A stretch of 64,000 nt of DNA from an uncultured Bacilli bacterium (GCA_934098445.1 CAKOOW010000001.1:10872-74871), one strand, 5' to 3'; numbered from the stretch's first letter, positions 1-11,671 are shown. The notes: generated by a model from the letters alone, not told the origin. Numbers and translations: made by a program.

Positions 1-898
1 AATATTTCGAATAAGTACCACCATAAACATAATTTAAACGGTCTTTATCTTCAATAAAAACCCCAGCACTTAAAGGTATTAAGTTTCTTTTATCATTTTT
101 AATATCAGCTACTAAGTCCTCATCTAATTTATAAGTTCCAGTAGTAAGTCCTTCTAAAAACTTTTCCTTATCTAAATAGATTAGACACATACGGATAATA
201 CTTTTTAACTCAGTTTTTAAAGTCTCATAATATTTTAAAGTACGGTCACCATGGTGTTGCCTTTCGGCAGTACTTTCCATAATATCATTGAAGTCTTTAA
301 TTGAAGTATCATCAACATCTTTTAAAATCAAAGGATATTTATCCGCTTTTTTAAGACTTCTTTTGCAACGACTATTCATATCAGTCATTAAATCATTGAA
401 TTCTTTATCTTTTATATCTAAAGCATAAGACCAGCGAAATTGCGCTTCATTGGTATAACCAATTGTAAAACCACGATGTTTAGCGCCTTGCTTCTTTAGA
501 AAATCAACGAATTCTTGGTTATCATTTTCACTAACAACATTACCATCTTTATCATGGTCTTGGTAAGTTATCATTGGGTCAAATTTAAAAGTAAATCCTT
601 TTTGGGTCTTTAGATATTTTTTTACTTCTTGAAGATAAAAAGCATAAACTTCTTTAATAGCAACTTCTTCTTTAACAAGTGGTCCTCTAGGTGCATAGTA
701 AAGATACTTATTAAAAATCTTTTTTCCTAAAATCAGACTAACTAAAATAGGTTTATTATCTTGATAGACTGCTGTATAAAGATGAGTCCATCCATTGGCT
801 TCTTTTACTTTAGCCCAAGCAGCATTCTGATAAAAGTTATAATTAAACTCTTTAACAATTTTTTGAAATTCTTTTTCTTCAATTACTTTAAATAACAA
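1..898 (-). CDS. FemAB-family peptidoglycan interpeptide-bridge aminoacyltransferase. The C-terminus runs off the window edge; the start is probably TTG.
   Basis: Hand translation of the minus strand gives a continuous ORF. It contains the motifs KYLYYAPRGPL and IPLSAGVF...YVYGGTYSKY, which match S. aureus FemA/FemX signatures. AGGAGAGAG lies 6 nt upstream of the TTG. There is no ATG start, so it is absent from the ORF track. Confidence 0.65.
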   Translation of the reverse strand, partial: MLFKVIEEKEFQKIVKEFNYNFYQNAAWAKVKEANGWTHLYTAVYQDNKPILVSLILGKKIFNKYLYYAPRGPLVKEEVAIKEVYAFYLQEVKKYLKTQKGFTFKFDPMITYQDHDKDGNVVSENDNQEFVDFLKKQGAKHRGFTIGYTNEAQFRWSYALDIKDKEFNDLMTDMNSRCKRSLKKADKYPLILKDVDDTSIKDFNDIMESTAERQHHGDRTLKYYETLKTELKSIIRMCLIYLDKEKFLEGLTTGTYKLDEDLVADIKNDKRNLIPLSAGVFIEDKDRLNYVYGGTYSKY

Positions 899-911
899 AT
901 TACTCTCTCCT

Positions 912-2012
912 TTAGACATTGAAACGGAATAAAACGATATCGCCATCTTGCATAATATATTCTTTACCTTCTAAGCGTAGTTTTCCGGCTTCTTGAACGG
1001 CTTTTTCACTTCCTAAAGCCTCTAAGTCATCAAAGCTTGTAACTTCTGCTTTGATAAATCCTCTTTGGAAATCACTATGAATTAAACCCGCACATTCCGG
1101 AGCCTTCATACCCTTTTTAAATGTCCAAGCCCGACATTCATCTTTACCAACGGTAAAGAAAGTTTGAAGTCCTAGAAGATGATAAGTAGCAAAGATTAGT
1201 TTATCTAAACCACTACTAGCAATTCCTAATTCAGCTAGAAAAGCCTTTTTATCATCATCATTATACTCCGCTAATTCACTTTCCATTTTAGCGCACATAA
1301 CAACGACGCTAGCATCATCATTTTTAGCATACTCTTCTACTTGATTTGTATACGCATTTTTTCCAACAACAGCATCATCTTCAGAAACATTAGCGGCATA
1401 AATGATTGGTTTTAAAGTAATAAGATTAAAGTTTTTTAAAACTAACAATTCATCTTCATCAAATTCAACTCTTCTTAAAGGAATATTATTCATTAAATTT
1501 TCTTCACATTTCTTTAATGTATTATATTCCATAAGACTTTCTTTATCTTTAGTAGTCATAGCTTTCTTTTCAATTTTACCAATACGATTAGTAATAATTT
1601 CTAAATCAGATAAAATTAATTCTACATTAATGATTTCAATATCACGGATAGGGTCGGTCTTTCCTTCAACATGAATAATATCGGTATCATCAAAGCAACG
1701 AACAACTTCCACAAGACAATCGCATTCACGAATATGAGAAAGAAACTTATTACCAAGACCTTCACCTTTAGCAGCGCCTTTTACGAGTCCTGCTATATCG
1801 GTAAACTCAAAAGTAGTAGGAATAGTTCGAGATGGGAGATACATATTTTCTAAGAATTCTAATCTTGTATCAGGGACCGTTACCACTCCCACATTGGGTT
1901 CAATGGTTGCAAATGGGTAGTTAGCCGCTAAGATATTTTTTTTCGTAATAGCATTAAATAAAGTTGATTTACCAACATTTGGTAAGCCAACAATGCCCGC
2001 TTTTAAAGACAT
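912..2012 (-). CDS. ychF: Ribosome-binding ATPase YchF (Obg-family GTPase).
   Basis: GLPNVGKSTLFNA P-loop, the YchF-specific middle domain, and a C-terminal TGS domain (GDIVLFRFNV). The start is placed at the internal ATG (MSLKAGIVG), which follows GAAGGAAG. Confidence 0.9.
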   Translation of the reverse strand: MSLKAGIVGLPNVGKSTLFNAITKKNILAANYPFATIEPNVGVVTVPDTRLEFLENMYLPSRTIPTTFEFTDIAGLVKGAAKGEGLGNKFLSHIRECDCLVEVVRCFDDTDIIHVEGKTDPIRDIEIINVELILSDLEIITNRIGKIEKKAMTTKDKESLMEYNTLKKCEENLMNNIPLRRVEFDEDELLVLKNFNLITLKPIIYAANVSEDDAVVGKNAYTNQVEEYAKNDDASVVVMCAKMESELAEYNDDDKKAFLAELGIASSGLDKLIFATYHLLGLQTFFTVGKDECRAWTFKKGMKAPECAGLIHSDFQRGFIKAEVTSFDDLEALGSEKAVQEAGKLRLEGKEYIMQDGDIVLFRFNV

Positions 2013-2140
2013 AATAACACTTCCTTCTTGATAATTATAATTAAAATAAGATAAAAAGGCAAATGATTTAAGGCTTTTTCTAAAATTATTTATTAACTTA
2101 AGGAATTTTAACAATTTAAAGGATAAATAATCGGTATGCT

Positions 2141-2608
2141 TTATTTTTTAGAAGCATTTACTACGTTTTTAACACTTTTTTGCATGGTTATGATTTGGTC
2201 TTCAAAGCCAAATGACTGGTAAAGTTTTCTCGCTATCGTATTATGGGTCATAACTTTTATTTCTAGGTAATCAAGGTCTTTAGTTTTTAATACATCTAAG
2301 GCTTTTTGCAATAGTCTTCTACCATAACCATGGCCTCGAAACGACTTTTCGACATATAAGCCATCAATTAGATAACCGGTTCTGTGGGCTTCGCCAATTG
2401 GTTGCAGGTAAACATAGCCAATAAGATGATTATCAATTTGTTCAGCTAAAAGAATATTCTCAGGATTTTTAATTACATTTTTAAAATAATCTTTGACAAC
2501 AAAAGGATTATAAGTATCATGACGATACTGTTTCTCATCTGCAATTAATAAAGATAATAAATGGTCACATTCATTGGCACCATATTCTTCAGTAATTCTT
2601 TTAATCAT
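2141..2608 (-). CDS. GNAT-family N-acetyltransferase.
   Basis: Acetyl-CoA binding motif RGHGYGRRLL. Confidence 0.75.
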   Translation of the reverse strand: MIKRITEEYGANECDHLLSLLIADEKQYRHDTYNPFVVKDYFKNVIKNPENILLAEQIDNHLIGYVYLQPIGEAHRTGYLIDGLYVEKSFRGHGYGRRLLQKALDVLKTKDLDYLEIKVMTHNTIARKLYQSFGFEDQIITMQKSVKNVVNASKK

Positions 2609-2740
2609 TATTACACCAACCTTCTCCCAAAAATTATATCACATAATGGCTTGCAAAAGTTTTTAAGAATAAATGTAAATAATCAAAATGATTAAAGTAC
2701 AAAAGGAATAATAAAAAAAGACTTAGCTTTGATGCTAAAT

Positions 2741-4276
2741 CTAAATCGTAGGCATAGTCCCTATACCAATTGGTAAACCAACTAAGTACCAAATTATTAA
2801 GATAATTAATAAGATAACTCCCGTTGCTAAAGCATATTTCTTTTGATAATTTAAAATCTTAAAGACTCCAATTGGATTATCAGCAGTATTATATTTTTCC
2901 ATATAAGCTAGATAAATAACAAAGTAAGCCATAATAGGAGTAAGTCCGTAAGTCATGCCTTCAGCAAAGCGGAATATTACTTGAATAAATTCAGCACTGA
3001 AACCAACATTCATCAAAGTAGGGACACAACTTGCGGAAAGAATAGTCCATTTGTTTACTGTATTTGGCAAGAAAATAGTTGCCACTGCTGTTCCCAGAAA
3101 GAACAATACTAATAAAGGTATTCCTGTAAATTTACAATTAGTTATTAAGTTTCCAATAAGGGCTGTAATAACGGTACCAATATTGGACTTCTTAAAGACA
3201 TTGACTAAGATTGATGATAATAAAATCAAAATAATCGTACGACCAATACCATCTAAGGAATGGGTTAAATAATCACAGAAGTCATTACTATTCTTTATAC
3301 TACGCGATCCCAAGCCATAAAATAAGCCAAGAATTACAAAAAGAATTGTTACGATGAAGACAAATCCTTGTGAAAAGAAAGAGTCTGGATTAAATAATTT
3401 ATCTATATAAAGTTTCTGTGAATAATCAAGAAGATTACCACTTAACGGAAGACCAGGAATAATATTGTAGATAAATATTAACAAGTAAATAATTCCAAAA
3501 GTTCCAGCAAAAATCAATCCTCTTATATCCCTTTTAGCTAACTTGAAGTCCTTTTTATCATCTTTAAACTCATACTTAGGTAATTCATTGACACTGAAGC
3601 GTTCAGCTATATAGGTTATCAAGGTCGCAATTGCCAAGATAGCAACAGCCATAATAACAAAATAACCTAAATACGTGAAAGTATAAGAAGAGTCTAAAAT
3701 ATGTGATGACTCCAAAGTCAAAGCATCTAAACTAGAATCGATACTAGTCTTAAAGAAGCTTAAACCTGTGCCACATGTTAACGCCGCAAAGCTGATGACA
3801 ATACCTAGAAGAGGATTTCTCCTCCCATAATAGAATAACAAAGCACTTAAAGGTATCATAACAACATAAGCCAAATCACCACCGATAGAAAGGATAATAC
3901 ATAATAAGGCTAAGACAAAAGTAATTGTTTTCTTTTGACATTTTCTAGTTATTAGAGAAAAAGTTGTCTTAAGAAAACCACTCTTATCCATAATACCGAT
4001 ACCAATCAAGATGATAATTAACATTGATAAAGGAGTAAAGGCGGCAAAGTTAGAAACAGTTGATTGGAAAATATATTTAATGCCACGAAGATTAAACAAA
4101 GATTCAACAGCAACCCAGTTCGATTCATAAGTACTATTTTTAATAGTATCATAAGAAGCACCTACTCCAAATAAAGTAAGAACACCACTTAAAACGATTG
4201 TTACTACTATTAAAATCATCAAAGTCATTATGGGATTTAAGGAAACTTTATTTTTCTTATTTGACATCGCTATCAC
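2741..4276 (-). CDS. AbgT-family (p-aminobenzoyl-glutamate/MtrF-type) membrane transporter.
   Basis: About 12-13 hydrophobic segments and a length typical of AbgT. The C-terminal motif WYLVGLPIGIGT matches the E. coli AbgT C-terminus (WYLVGLPIGPG). Confidence 0.6.
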   Translation of the reverse strand: MIAMSNKKNKVSLNPIMTLMILIVVTIVLSGVLTLFGVGASYDTIKNSTYESNWVAVESLFNLRGIKYIFQSTVSNFAAFTPLSMLIIILIGIGIMDKSGFLKTTFSLITRKCQKKTITFVLALLCIILSIGGDLAYVVMIPLSALLFYYGRRNPLLGIVISFAALTCGTGLSFFKTSIDSSLDALTLESSHILDSSYTFTYLGYFVIMAVAILAIATLITYIAERFSVNELPKYEFKDDKKDFKLAKRDIRGLIFAGTFGIIYLLIFIYNIIPGLPLSGNLLDYSQKLYIDKLFNPDSFFSQGFVFIVTILFVILGLFYGLGSRSIKNSNDFCDYLTHSLDGIGRTIILILLSSILVNVFKKSNIGTVITALIGNLITNCKFTGIPLLVLFFLGTAVATIFLPNTVNKWTILSASCVPTLMNVGFSAEFIQVIFRFAEGMTYGLTPIMAYFVIYLAYMEKYNTADNPIGVFKILNYQKKYALATGVILLIILIIWYLVGLPIGIGTMPTI

Positions 4277-4454
4277 CTAATACTTTCTTCAGTTTTTTAT
4301 TAAATTCCAAACGATCCATCATAATTTCATGACCGCAGTTAACACATTTTATTTTGATATCGACACCAACTCTAATTATCTGAAAGAGATTAGTCCCGCA
4401 AGCGTGTTGTTTTTTCATCACGACTTGGTCATTTAATTTATATGTTTTGTCCAT
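4257..4454 (-). CDS. Small DUF951-like zinc-ribbon protein.
   Basis: 65 aa with the Cys pattern C-x-x...CVNC. It sits in the conserved position between mscS and parB, as in other Firmicutes. Confidence 0.45.
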   Translation of the reverse strand: MDKTYKLNDQVVMKKQHACGTNLFQIIRVGVDIKIKCVNCGHEIMMDRLEFNKKLKKVLGDSDVK

Positions 4455-5262
4455 TATGCACCTCTATTTGTGGATATGGTATCTTAATATTATCTTTTTC
4501 AAAGGCATTTTTAACTATTCTCAAAGCATCTCTATTCACTTGCCATTGCTTGTCAGGTTGACAATCAATCTTTACTAAGTAAACGACTGAACTATCGCCT
4601 AGAGAACTAATACCTAAGTAACTAGCTGATTTTTTAATCGCATAATTAATCTTTTCTAATTCTGGTAAAATTTTAGCGATAGTGGCTTCTACTTTTTCAG
4701 TTGGTTCTTCATAAGCAACATTTAATTCTAAGTAGACATTTTGTTTAGCCTGAGACATATTAATTATCTGATTAACATTGCGGTTAGCAATAATTAATAT
4801 TTCCCCCGTATACTTTTTTATTTTAGTGCTTTTTAAACCTAGTTCGATGACTTCGCCAGTAAAATCGCCATAAGTAACCATATCTCCAACTACATAGTAG
4901 TTTTCTAAAATAATACAAATTCCGCCGATAAGATCTTTAAGTGTATCTTGAAAAGCCAAGCCGATAACAGCTGATAAGACTCCTAAGCCAGCAATAATAG
5001 ATTTTGTATCTATTCCGTAAGCTTCTAAAATAATAACAACAACTATAACAATTATAATGTATTTAAAGATATTAGACCCTAAATCGATAATAGTTCTTTT
5101 CTTTTTCTGGTCATAAGTATTTTTACCTTCTTTAAATTTCATTAGTCTTTTTAATGCTTTGTTAATACCGCGGCTAGCTAAGACTCCTAAGAAAATGGAG
5201 ATAATAGGAGTATAAACTTGTTTAGCAGCGAAAAATTTAAAAATTGTTTCTAATATTTCCAT
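4438..5262 (-). CDS. Small-conductance mechanosensitive channel (MscS family).
   Basis: N-terminal transmembrane helices followed by an MscS beta domain. Confidence 0.8.
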   Translation of the reverse strand: MEILETIFKFFAAKQVYTPIISIFLGVLASRGINKALKRLMKFKEGKNTYDQKKKRTIIDLGSNIFKYIIIVIVVVIILEAYGIDTKSIIAGLGVLSAVIGLAFQDTLKDLIGGICIILENYYVVGDMVTYGDFTGEVIELGLKSTKIKKYTGEILIIANRNVNQIINMSQAKQNVYLELNVAYEEPTEKVEATIAKILPELEKINYAIKKSASYLGISSLGDSSVVYLVKIDCQPDKQWQVNRDALRIVKNAFEKDNIKIPYPQIEVHNGQNI

Positions 5263-5267
5263 AAGTA

Positions 5268-6173
5268 TTATCCTTCAATTTTGATATCCAATAATTCTAA
5301 AATTCTTTGAAGTTCTAACTGCGAAGAGAAAGGTATTTCTATTTTTTTATTAGTAATTTTAACTTTAGTCCCTAACTTTTCACGCATAGCATCCTCATAG
5401 ATATGATTGGGATTTATAGTATCATATTGTTTAAAGAAATTATCATCATTTTGTGAAGTTTGCTTTTCTTCTTGTTCATGGATATCTCTAGTTATGTTTT
5501 CAATGGCACGAACATTTAGTCCTTCGGCAACTATTTTGTTAGCCAAACGATTAATTTGATTATTATCTTCTAACTTGGATAAAGCTCTAGCATGCGACAT
5601 AGACAGTTTATTATCTTCTACATACTTTTTAGTATCATCAGGAAGTCTTAATAAGCCAAGACTATTAGTAATATAACTACGACTTTTACCAAATTTTTTG
5701 GCTAATTCTTCTTGGGTAATATTACTACTTCTTAGAATGCTATCGTATGCCATTGCTTCTTCGATAGGATTTAAGTTTTCTCTTTGAATGTTTTCAATCA
5801 AAGCAATTTCCATCATTTCTTCATCATCAAAGTCTTTAACAATTGCGGGAACAGTTTCTAATCCGGCAATCTTAGCGGCTTTAGTACGACGTTCTCCAGC
5901 TACTAACTCATAACCTTTAATACTTTTCTTAACTATAATTGGTTGAACGATACCATGTTCTTTAATGGAAGATGCTAATTCATTTAAGGCTTCTTCGTCA
6001 AAAATTTTACGAGGTTGATAAGGATTAGAACGGATATCAGTAATTTTAATTTGAACTATTTCATTTGGTTTAGCTTCTTCTACTAGCCCTTTTTCAAAAT
6101 TATCAAAGTCAATACGTTCATTGGTAAATAATTGTTCTAAACCTTTACCTAACGCTTTTTTCTTAGTTTCCAT
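5268..6173 (-). CDS. spo0J: Chromosome partitioning protein ParB/Spo0J.
   Basis: GERRTKAAK ParB box and an HTH domain. It overlaps soj. Confidence 0.9.
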   Translation of the reverse strand: METKKKALGKGLEQLFTNERIDFDNFEKGLVEEAKPNEIVQIKITDIRSNPYQPRKIFDEEALNELASSIKEHGIVQPIIVKKSIKGYELVAGERRTKAAKIAGLETVPAIVKDFDDEEMMEIALIENIQRENLNPIEEAMAYDSILRSSNITQEELAKKFGKSRSYITNSLGLLRLPDDTKKYVEDNKLSMSHARALSKLEDNNQINRLANKIVAEGLNVRAIENITRDIHEQEEKQTSQNDDNFFKQYDTINPNHIYEDAMREKLGTKVKITNKKIEIPFSSQLELQRILELLDIKIEG

Positions 6174-6948
6174 CTCTACTAATAACCTCCTTTGCTAAGT
6201 TTTGATAAGCCAGGGTTGCTCTGCTATCTGGATCATAATCACTAATTGGTTTCCCATGACTTGGGGCTTCAACTAATCTGACTAATCTTGGAATAATGGT
6301 ATTAAAGACTTTATTCTTAAAATAGCCTCTAATCTCTTCAATTACTTCTAAGCCTATATTGGTACGACCATCAAGCATAGTAAGCAAAACGCCTTCTATT
6401 CTTAAACCAGGGTTCATATTTGATTGAACCATTATAATAGAGTTAAGTAACTGTGTAATCCCCTCTAAAGCAAAAAATTCACATTGAACAGGAATAATAA
6501 CCGAGTTGCTAGCTACCAAAGCGTTCATAGTAGTAATTCCCAAAGATGGCTGACAATCTATTATTATATAATCATAAAGGTCCATTAATGGTTCCAGGCT
6601 TAATTTAAGCTGTTCGTTCTGACGAAAATTAGAATCTTCAAGCATAGCTTTAACAAATTCGACATCAACACCAGCTAAATTCAATGTTGCGGGAATCATC
6701 GAAAGATTCTTAAATTTTGTTTTAATAACCGCACTTTTAACATCGCAAGCTCCGGTCATAACATCATAAATATCGTGCTTAATATCGCTATTATTAATAC
6801 CTAAACCGGTTGTTGCATTTCCTTGCGGGTCTAAGTCGATTAGTAAAGTGTTTTTACCTTCTTTTCCAAGGGCTGCGGATAAATTTATACTGGAAGTTGT
6901 TTTGCCAACGCCTCCTTTTTGATTAACCAATGCAATAATTTTTGTCAT
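6163..6948 (-). CDS. soj: Chromosome partitioning ATPase ParA/Soj.
   Basis: Deviant Walker A motif KGGVGKTT. Confidence 0.9.
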   Translation of the reverse strand: MTKIIALVNQKGGVGKTTSSINLSAALGKEGKNTLLIDLDPQGNATTGLGINNSDIKHDIYDVMTGACDVKSAVIKTKFKNLSMIPATLNLAGVDVEFVKAMLEDSNFRQNEQLKLSLEPLMDLYDYIIIDCQPSLGITTMNALVASNSVIIPVQCEFFALEGITQLLNSIIMVQSNMNPGLRIEGVLLTMLDGRTNIGLEVIEEIRGYFKNKVFNTIIPRLVRLVEAPSHGKPISDYDPDSRATLAYQNLAKEVISRDGN

Positions 6949-7032
6949 TCTAATACCACCTTTGTCAATAATTCTGCTATTTCATTTTATCATATAAATA
7001 TTATTTTGTCTTATATTTTTAATTTTATTACC

Positions 7033-7992
7033 CTAATCGCTAGTTTTTAAAGCTTCTAAATATTTAGTGATTATCTCATTAATTTTAGGGATTGATAACT
7101 CATCAATTCTAAAGCCAGCTGCTCTTTTATGACCACCACCAGTTGGTTCAAATTCTTGAGCAACAAGACCAAGATCATAATTATCGTTATTTATTCTTAA
7201 TGAACAAGTCATCCGATAAAAGTTAATAATCAAGGCAAAAGAAGCCTCGGGATATTTTAACATTAATTCGTGGCCTACTGTTGAGCGATATTTTTCCCCA
7301 ATAGATACCGCTATCTTGTAATTTTGATACTCAATTAATCTAGATTTTTCTAAATAATTTTTTACCGACATATCTTTATCTTGATTTTGCTTATTCACGA
7401 TATCTAAATATTCTTTAGGTAGATAAAAATTTCCAGTACAGTCTAAAGAAGTTAATAAATCAATAAAAGGCTCTGCTCCTAAAAAAGCATGTAAAGTAGC
7501 TAAATTAGGTCCAAGAGTATTATTAGTTTCTTCAAAGGTCCAGGTATCCTGACGTCTAATAGCTTCTACTAGCTCTTGAAAGAAAAGACTATTTAAGAAA
7601 TCACTATTAGGTAAAGTTAATAAATAATTATAGAATAATTCTGTAGCACTAGTTAAATGCCCATCCCAAGTAATAACCTCATTAACGAATGGATATTTAT
7701 TCTTTTCTACTTCCGATTCATGGTGATCGAAGTTCTTAATTTTTAATGCTAAGTCTTGATGAGCTAAACAATATTTTAAGTTTTTATCGTTAAATCCTAA
7801 ATCACAAATATAAATGGTATCATAATTATGGTAGTCAATATCTGTCTCTAAGTCAAAATCATGATTATTATCCGCTAGTAAATAATCAAATTCTTTAAAA
7901 TAATATTTCCCTAATATTATAGATCCCATTCCATCTATATCAGCATAATGACTAATAATCAAAATTTTATTATTATTAAATTTTTTTAACAT
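7033..7992 (-). CDS. DHH-DHHA1 phosphoesterase (NrnA-like oligoribonuclease / pAp phosphatase).
   Basis: Motifs ISHYADIDGMGS, FDHHE and the DHHA1 motif GGGHKRAAGF. Confidence 0.7.
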   Translation of the reverse strand: MLKKFNNNKILIISHYADIDGMGSIILGKYYFKEFDYLLADNNHDFDLETDIDYHNYDTIYICDLGFNDKNLKYCLAHQDLALKIKNFDHHESEVEKNKYPFVNEVITWDGHLTSATELFYNYLLTLPNSDFLNSLFFQELVEAIRRQDTWTFEETNNTLGPNLATLHAFLGAEPFIDLLTSLDCTGNFYLPKEYLDIVNKQNQDKDMSVKNYLEKSRLIEYQNYKIAVSIGEKYRSTVGHELMLKYPEASFALIINFYRMTCSLRINNDNYDLGLVAQEFEPTGGGHKRAAGFRIDELSIPKINEIITKYLEALKTSD

Positions 7993-8126
7993 CTTATCCC
8001 AGCTTTCCTTTTTCTAATAAGAGTATAACATTTCTCTTAATATATGTAAATTAAGGTCTTAGCTTTTTTCTATAGTTTTGTATGAAAAAAACGACATAAA
8101 GTTTTATCTTCACATCGTCTGTCTTT

Positions 8127-10100
8127 TTATTTATCAGCTTCTTCAATAGCAGTTTCTAACTCTTCTCTAGTCATTTTAGCATAACCTTTGATATTTTTAG
8201 ATTTAGCTATTTCTTTTAATTTAACCATAGTAGGTTCACTAGTTGGTTTAGGGTCAACTGGACACATTTTACCAGTTTCTACTAAGCATTCAATTTGTTC
8301 TTTAGTTAAAGTTTCATTCTCAACTAAAGCATCAGCTAGGAGATGAACTAATTTTTCGTTTTTCTTTAGAATTTCAACAGCTTTATCGTAACAGTCATCA
8401 ACAATTTTACGAACAGCTTTGTCAATTTCTAAAGCAACTTGATCAGAGAAATTCTTAGTTTTATTATAGTCTCTGCCTAAGAAGACACCTTCTTGTTCCT
8501 CTTCTAATTGCATTGGTCCTAAATCAGACATACCATATTTAGTTACCATACTTCTGGCAATACGAGTAGCTTTTTTAAAGTCATCAGAAGCCCCAGTAGT
8601 TGTAGCATTTAAGAATAATCTTTCAGCAGCACGACCACCCATTAAACCAATAATTTGACTTTCTAATTCCTCTTTAGTCATAATACCCATTTTTTCTTCT
8701 TTTGGAAGCATCATGGTATAACCACCAGCCATTCCTCTTGGAATGATAGTAATCTTATGAACTTCTTGAGCATCTGGTAATTTAATGCCGATAACAGCAT
8801 GACCAGATTCATGAATGGCAACAAGTCTCTTTTCTTTATCAGATATCTTACGCGAAGTTTTAGCTGGTCCCATTAGAACACGGTCAGTAGCCTCATCAAT
8901 TTCATCCATCGTAATGGCTTCTTTATTACGGCGAACAGCAAGTAAAGCAGCTTCATTTAAAAGATTCTCTAAATCAGCACCACTAAAGCCTGGCGTTCTT
9001 AAAGATAATGCTTTAAGATTAACATCATCGGCAAAGACTTTATTGCGAGCGTGAACACTCAAGATTTCTTCACGGGCCTTAGCATCAGGTAAACTAACTG
9101 TTACTTGTCTATCGAAACGACCTGGTCTTAATAAAGCAGGGTCTAAGACATCTGGACGGTTAGTTGCTGCAATAATAATGATACCTTCATTAGCACCAAA
9201 TCCATCCATCTCTGTTAATAATTGATTTAAAGTTTGTTCACGTTCATCGTGACCACCACCAATGCCAGAACCTCTTTGACGACCAACAGCATCAATTTCA
9301 TCGATAAATATTAGACAAGGTGCTGATTGTTTAGCTTGTTTAAACATATCACGGACACGAGAAGCACCAACACCAACGAATAGTTCAACAAAATCAGAAC
9401 CAGAAATATAATAGAATGGGACATTAGCTTCCCCCGCAACAGCTTTCGCTAATAGGGTTTTACCGGTTCCGGGAGGCCCGACTAAAAGAACACCCTTAGG
9501 AATTCTTGCCCCTAATTTTTGGAATTTCTTGGGATTTTTTAAGAAGTCAATTAACTCAGAAACTTCTTCTTTTTCTTCATCAAGACCAGCAACATCCGTA
9601 AATCTTACTTTACCGCCATCTTCACTTAACTTAGCACGTGAACGCCCAAAGTCCATTGATTTATTATTTCCTGCAGACATTTTCATAAATAAAACGTATC
9701 CACCAGCAACAATAATAACGATTGGTAAGACATTCATAACAATATAAGGAAGTAGACTACTACCTGGATCCTTATTAGTATCATAAAGATTTAGATTATG
9801 GCTTTCAGCATAATCAGTAACAGTGCTTAATTGTTCAGGAACAACTTTAACACTAAATGTTTCTTTATCACTATATCCTTCAATTTTACCAGTAATATAG
9901 TAGATAGACTCATCACTTTTAGGAGTTATTGTCATCTCCGTTACTTTATTTTCATTTATATATTTTAAAAATTCACCTGTTTTTAATTCATGAACTTTTG
10001 TTGCACTGCCACTATATAAGAATAACATCGCAGCAATGATAACAAAAAGAACTAAGTAAGGCGTAAATTGTTTGATTGCATTTTGTCTTTTTTTATTCAT
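8127..10100 (-). CDS. ftsH: ATP-dependent zinc metalloprotease FtsH.
   Basis: Two N-terminal TMs, an AAA domain (GPPGTGKT), and the zinc motif HESGHA. Confidence 0.95.
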   Translation of the reverse strand: MNKKRQNAIKQFTPYLVLFVIIAAMLFLYSGSATKVHELKTGEFLKYINENKVTEMTITPKSDESIYYITGKIEGYSDKETFSVKVVPEQLSTVTDYAESHNLNLYDTNKDPGSSLLPYIVMNVLPIVIIVAGGYVLFMKMSAGNNKSMDFGRSRAKLSEDGGKVRFTDVAGLDEEKEEVSELIDFLKNPKKFQKLGARIPKGVLLVGPPGTGKTLLAKAVAGEANVPFYYISGSDFVELFVGVGASRVRDMFKQAKQSAPCLIFIDEIDAVGRQRGSGIGGGHDEREQTLNQLLTEMDGFGANEGIIIIAATNRPDVLDPALLRPGRFDRQVTVSLPDAKAREEILSVHARNKVFADDVNLKALSLRTPGFSGADLENLLNEAALLAVRRNKEAITMDEIDEATDRVLMGPAKTSRKISDKEKRLVAIHESGHAVIGIKLPDAQEVHKITIIPRGMAGGYTMMLPKEEKMGIMTKEELESQIIGLMGGRAAERLFLNATTTGASDDFKKATRIARSMVTKYGMSDLGPMQLEEEQEGVFLGRDYNKTKNFSDQVALEIDKAVRKIVDDCYDKAVEILKKNEKLVHLLADALVENETLTKEQIECLVETGKMCPVDPKPTSEPTMVKLKEIAKSKNIKGYAKMTREELETAIEEADK

Positions 10101-10102
10101 AT

Positions 10103-11434
10103 TTATTCTCCTTCTTTTGCAAACACTAGTATTATATCATACTTTTCATTATTTTCTTTATCAAATTTCGATTTTTTTAGACCAGGAACCCAAATTACTT
10201 CACCAGTTGCATCTTTTAACAGAAGCCAGCTATCTCTTTTATCTTTAGGTATTTTTATATCAATGAATATTTCTTTTACTTTTTTAGTACCAATCATATT
10301 CTTTACGGATATTTTATCACCAGGAAGTCTAGTTGCTACATATAAAGGAAGCGTTAATTCTTTAGAATTTAATCTTATTGCATAGTTAGAATGATCCTTG
10401 CTGTCTTCTACTTCTTTAATAGTTTGATGATTATAATTATTTATTTTTTTTAACTCTTTAAATACTGGTACATAAGTTGAACTATTATTAGCAACTGAAA
10501 AGATTAAGCTATCGTAATTACGTATCACATGATATTCTCCTGGTAAGTTTAAAACTTCATTAGGATTATTTCTTTCCATCAATTCCATAATAGCCTTGGT
10601 CTGATTATTACTTATCTTATCAATATCATCTTGATATAAATCCTTTAAAATAGACTCTATAACTCTCTTTTGAATCACCTTATCTTGTTTTAAAATATGC
10701 GGTATCATCAACCTATTATTATTATATACTTCTTTTTTTATTTCATTAGTAAACTTCTGTAAGAATTTGTCGGTTGCTAGTAGTTCTTCACTATATTCTA
10801 GATATTTTAAATGAACTTTAGGGTTTTCTTTTTTTAAAAGAGGTAAAACATCCATACGCAAGCGGTTACGAAAGTGTTTATCAGAGAAATTTGTATTATC
10901 AATGTAATATGGAATATGTTCTTCTTCGAGATAATTTAGAATTTCTGCTTTAGAGTAGAAAAGTAAAGGTCTAACTAATTTATAAGTCTCATAATCACTA
11001 GCTAATTCAATACCAGCGTAGCCTTTCAAGTTGGAGCCTCTTATCTCACGCATTAAAATCGTTTCGATTAAGTCATCACCATGATGAGCAGTCATAAGAT
11101 ATTGAGCCTGATACTTAGAAACCAACTTTTGGAAAAAATGATATCTTGCTTGATGTGCCTGTGCTTCAAAGTTACCAGTCATAGTTGGAAGATGATAGAC
11201 TTCGCAGATTAAGCTATGCTGATGACAATAATCTTTAATAAAATTTTCTTCTTCAGTCGACTCTTTACGAACTTGATGATTAATATGAGCAACAATAATT
11301 TTTAAAGATAAAACACTCTGTAATTTTTCTAAAAGAGTTAATAAACACATAGAATCAGGACCGGTGGATACGCCAATTACAATGGTATCGTTTGGTCTTA
11401 AAAAAGTTTTTAGATAAGATAAAGCTTTATCCAT
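10103..11434 (-). CDS. tilS: tRNA(Ile)-lysidine synthetase TilS.
   Basis: PP-loop VSTGPDSMCLL. It lies immediately upstream of ftsH with a 2-nt gap. Confidence 0.85.
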   Translation of the reverse strand: MDKALSYLKTFLRPNDTIVIGVSTGPDSMCLLTLLEKLQSVLSLKIIVAHINHQVRKESTEEENFIKDYCHQHSLICEVYHLPTMTGNFEAQAHQARYHFFQKLVSKYQAQYLMTAHHGDDLIETILMREIRGSNLKGYAGIELASDYETYKLVRPLLFYSKAEILNYLEEEHIPYYIDNTNFSDKHFRNRLRMDVLPLLKKENPKVHLKYLEYSEELLATDKFLQKFTNEIKKEVYNNNRLMIPHILKQDKVIQKRVIESILKDLYQDDIDKISNNQTKAIMELMERNNPNEVLNLPGEYHVIRNYDSLIFSVANNSSTYVPVFKELKKINNYNHQTIKEVEDSKDHSNYAIRLNSKELTLPLYVATRLPGDKISVKNMIGTKKVKEIFIDIKIPKDKRDSWLLLKDATGEVIWVPGLKKSKFDKENNEKYDIILVFAKEGE

Positions 11435-11671
11435 TAAATCACCTACAGGTATAATACACTAAAAGGATTTGAATAGCAATATGTCTTTGCAGGAATTTTT
11501 TACTTGTATTATTTATTAGGATGGCTATAATATTCTTAAAGATACAATAAGTCATATGAGTCTTTTCATTATTTATATAAGATTGTTTATTGCCAAAATT
11601 CTTTAATCTTAGGGAATTTTTTATAGCCAGATAGAGAGTTTTATTGTATAATCTTAGTAACGAGGGAATTT

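Noticed and set aside
1402-1853. Plus-strand ORFs of 90 and 60 aa inside ychF.
   Set aside because: They lie antisense to a strongly conserved gene, have low-complexity composition and have no RBS.
5268-6948. An origin of replication or parS sites near soj-spo0J.
   Set aside because: No dnaA, dnaN or DnaA-box cluster is present, and I could not find a TGTTNCACGTGAAACA-like parS by eye. A computational motif scan would be needed.
8815-10385. Plus-strand ORFs (79, 72 and 105 aa) antisense to ftsH and tilS.
   Set aside because: They overlap well-supported genes on the opposite strand. Their translations are Ser/Leu-rich antisense artefacts.
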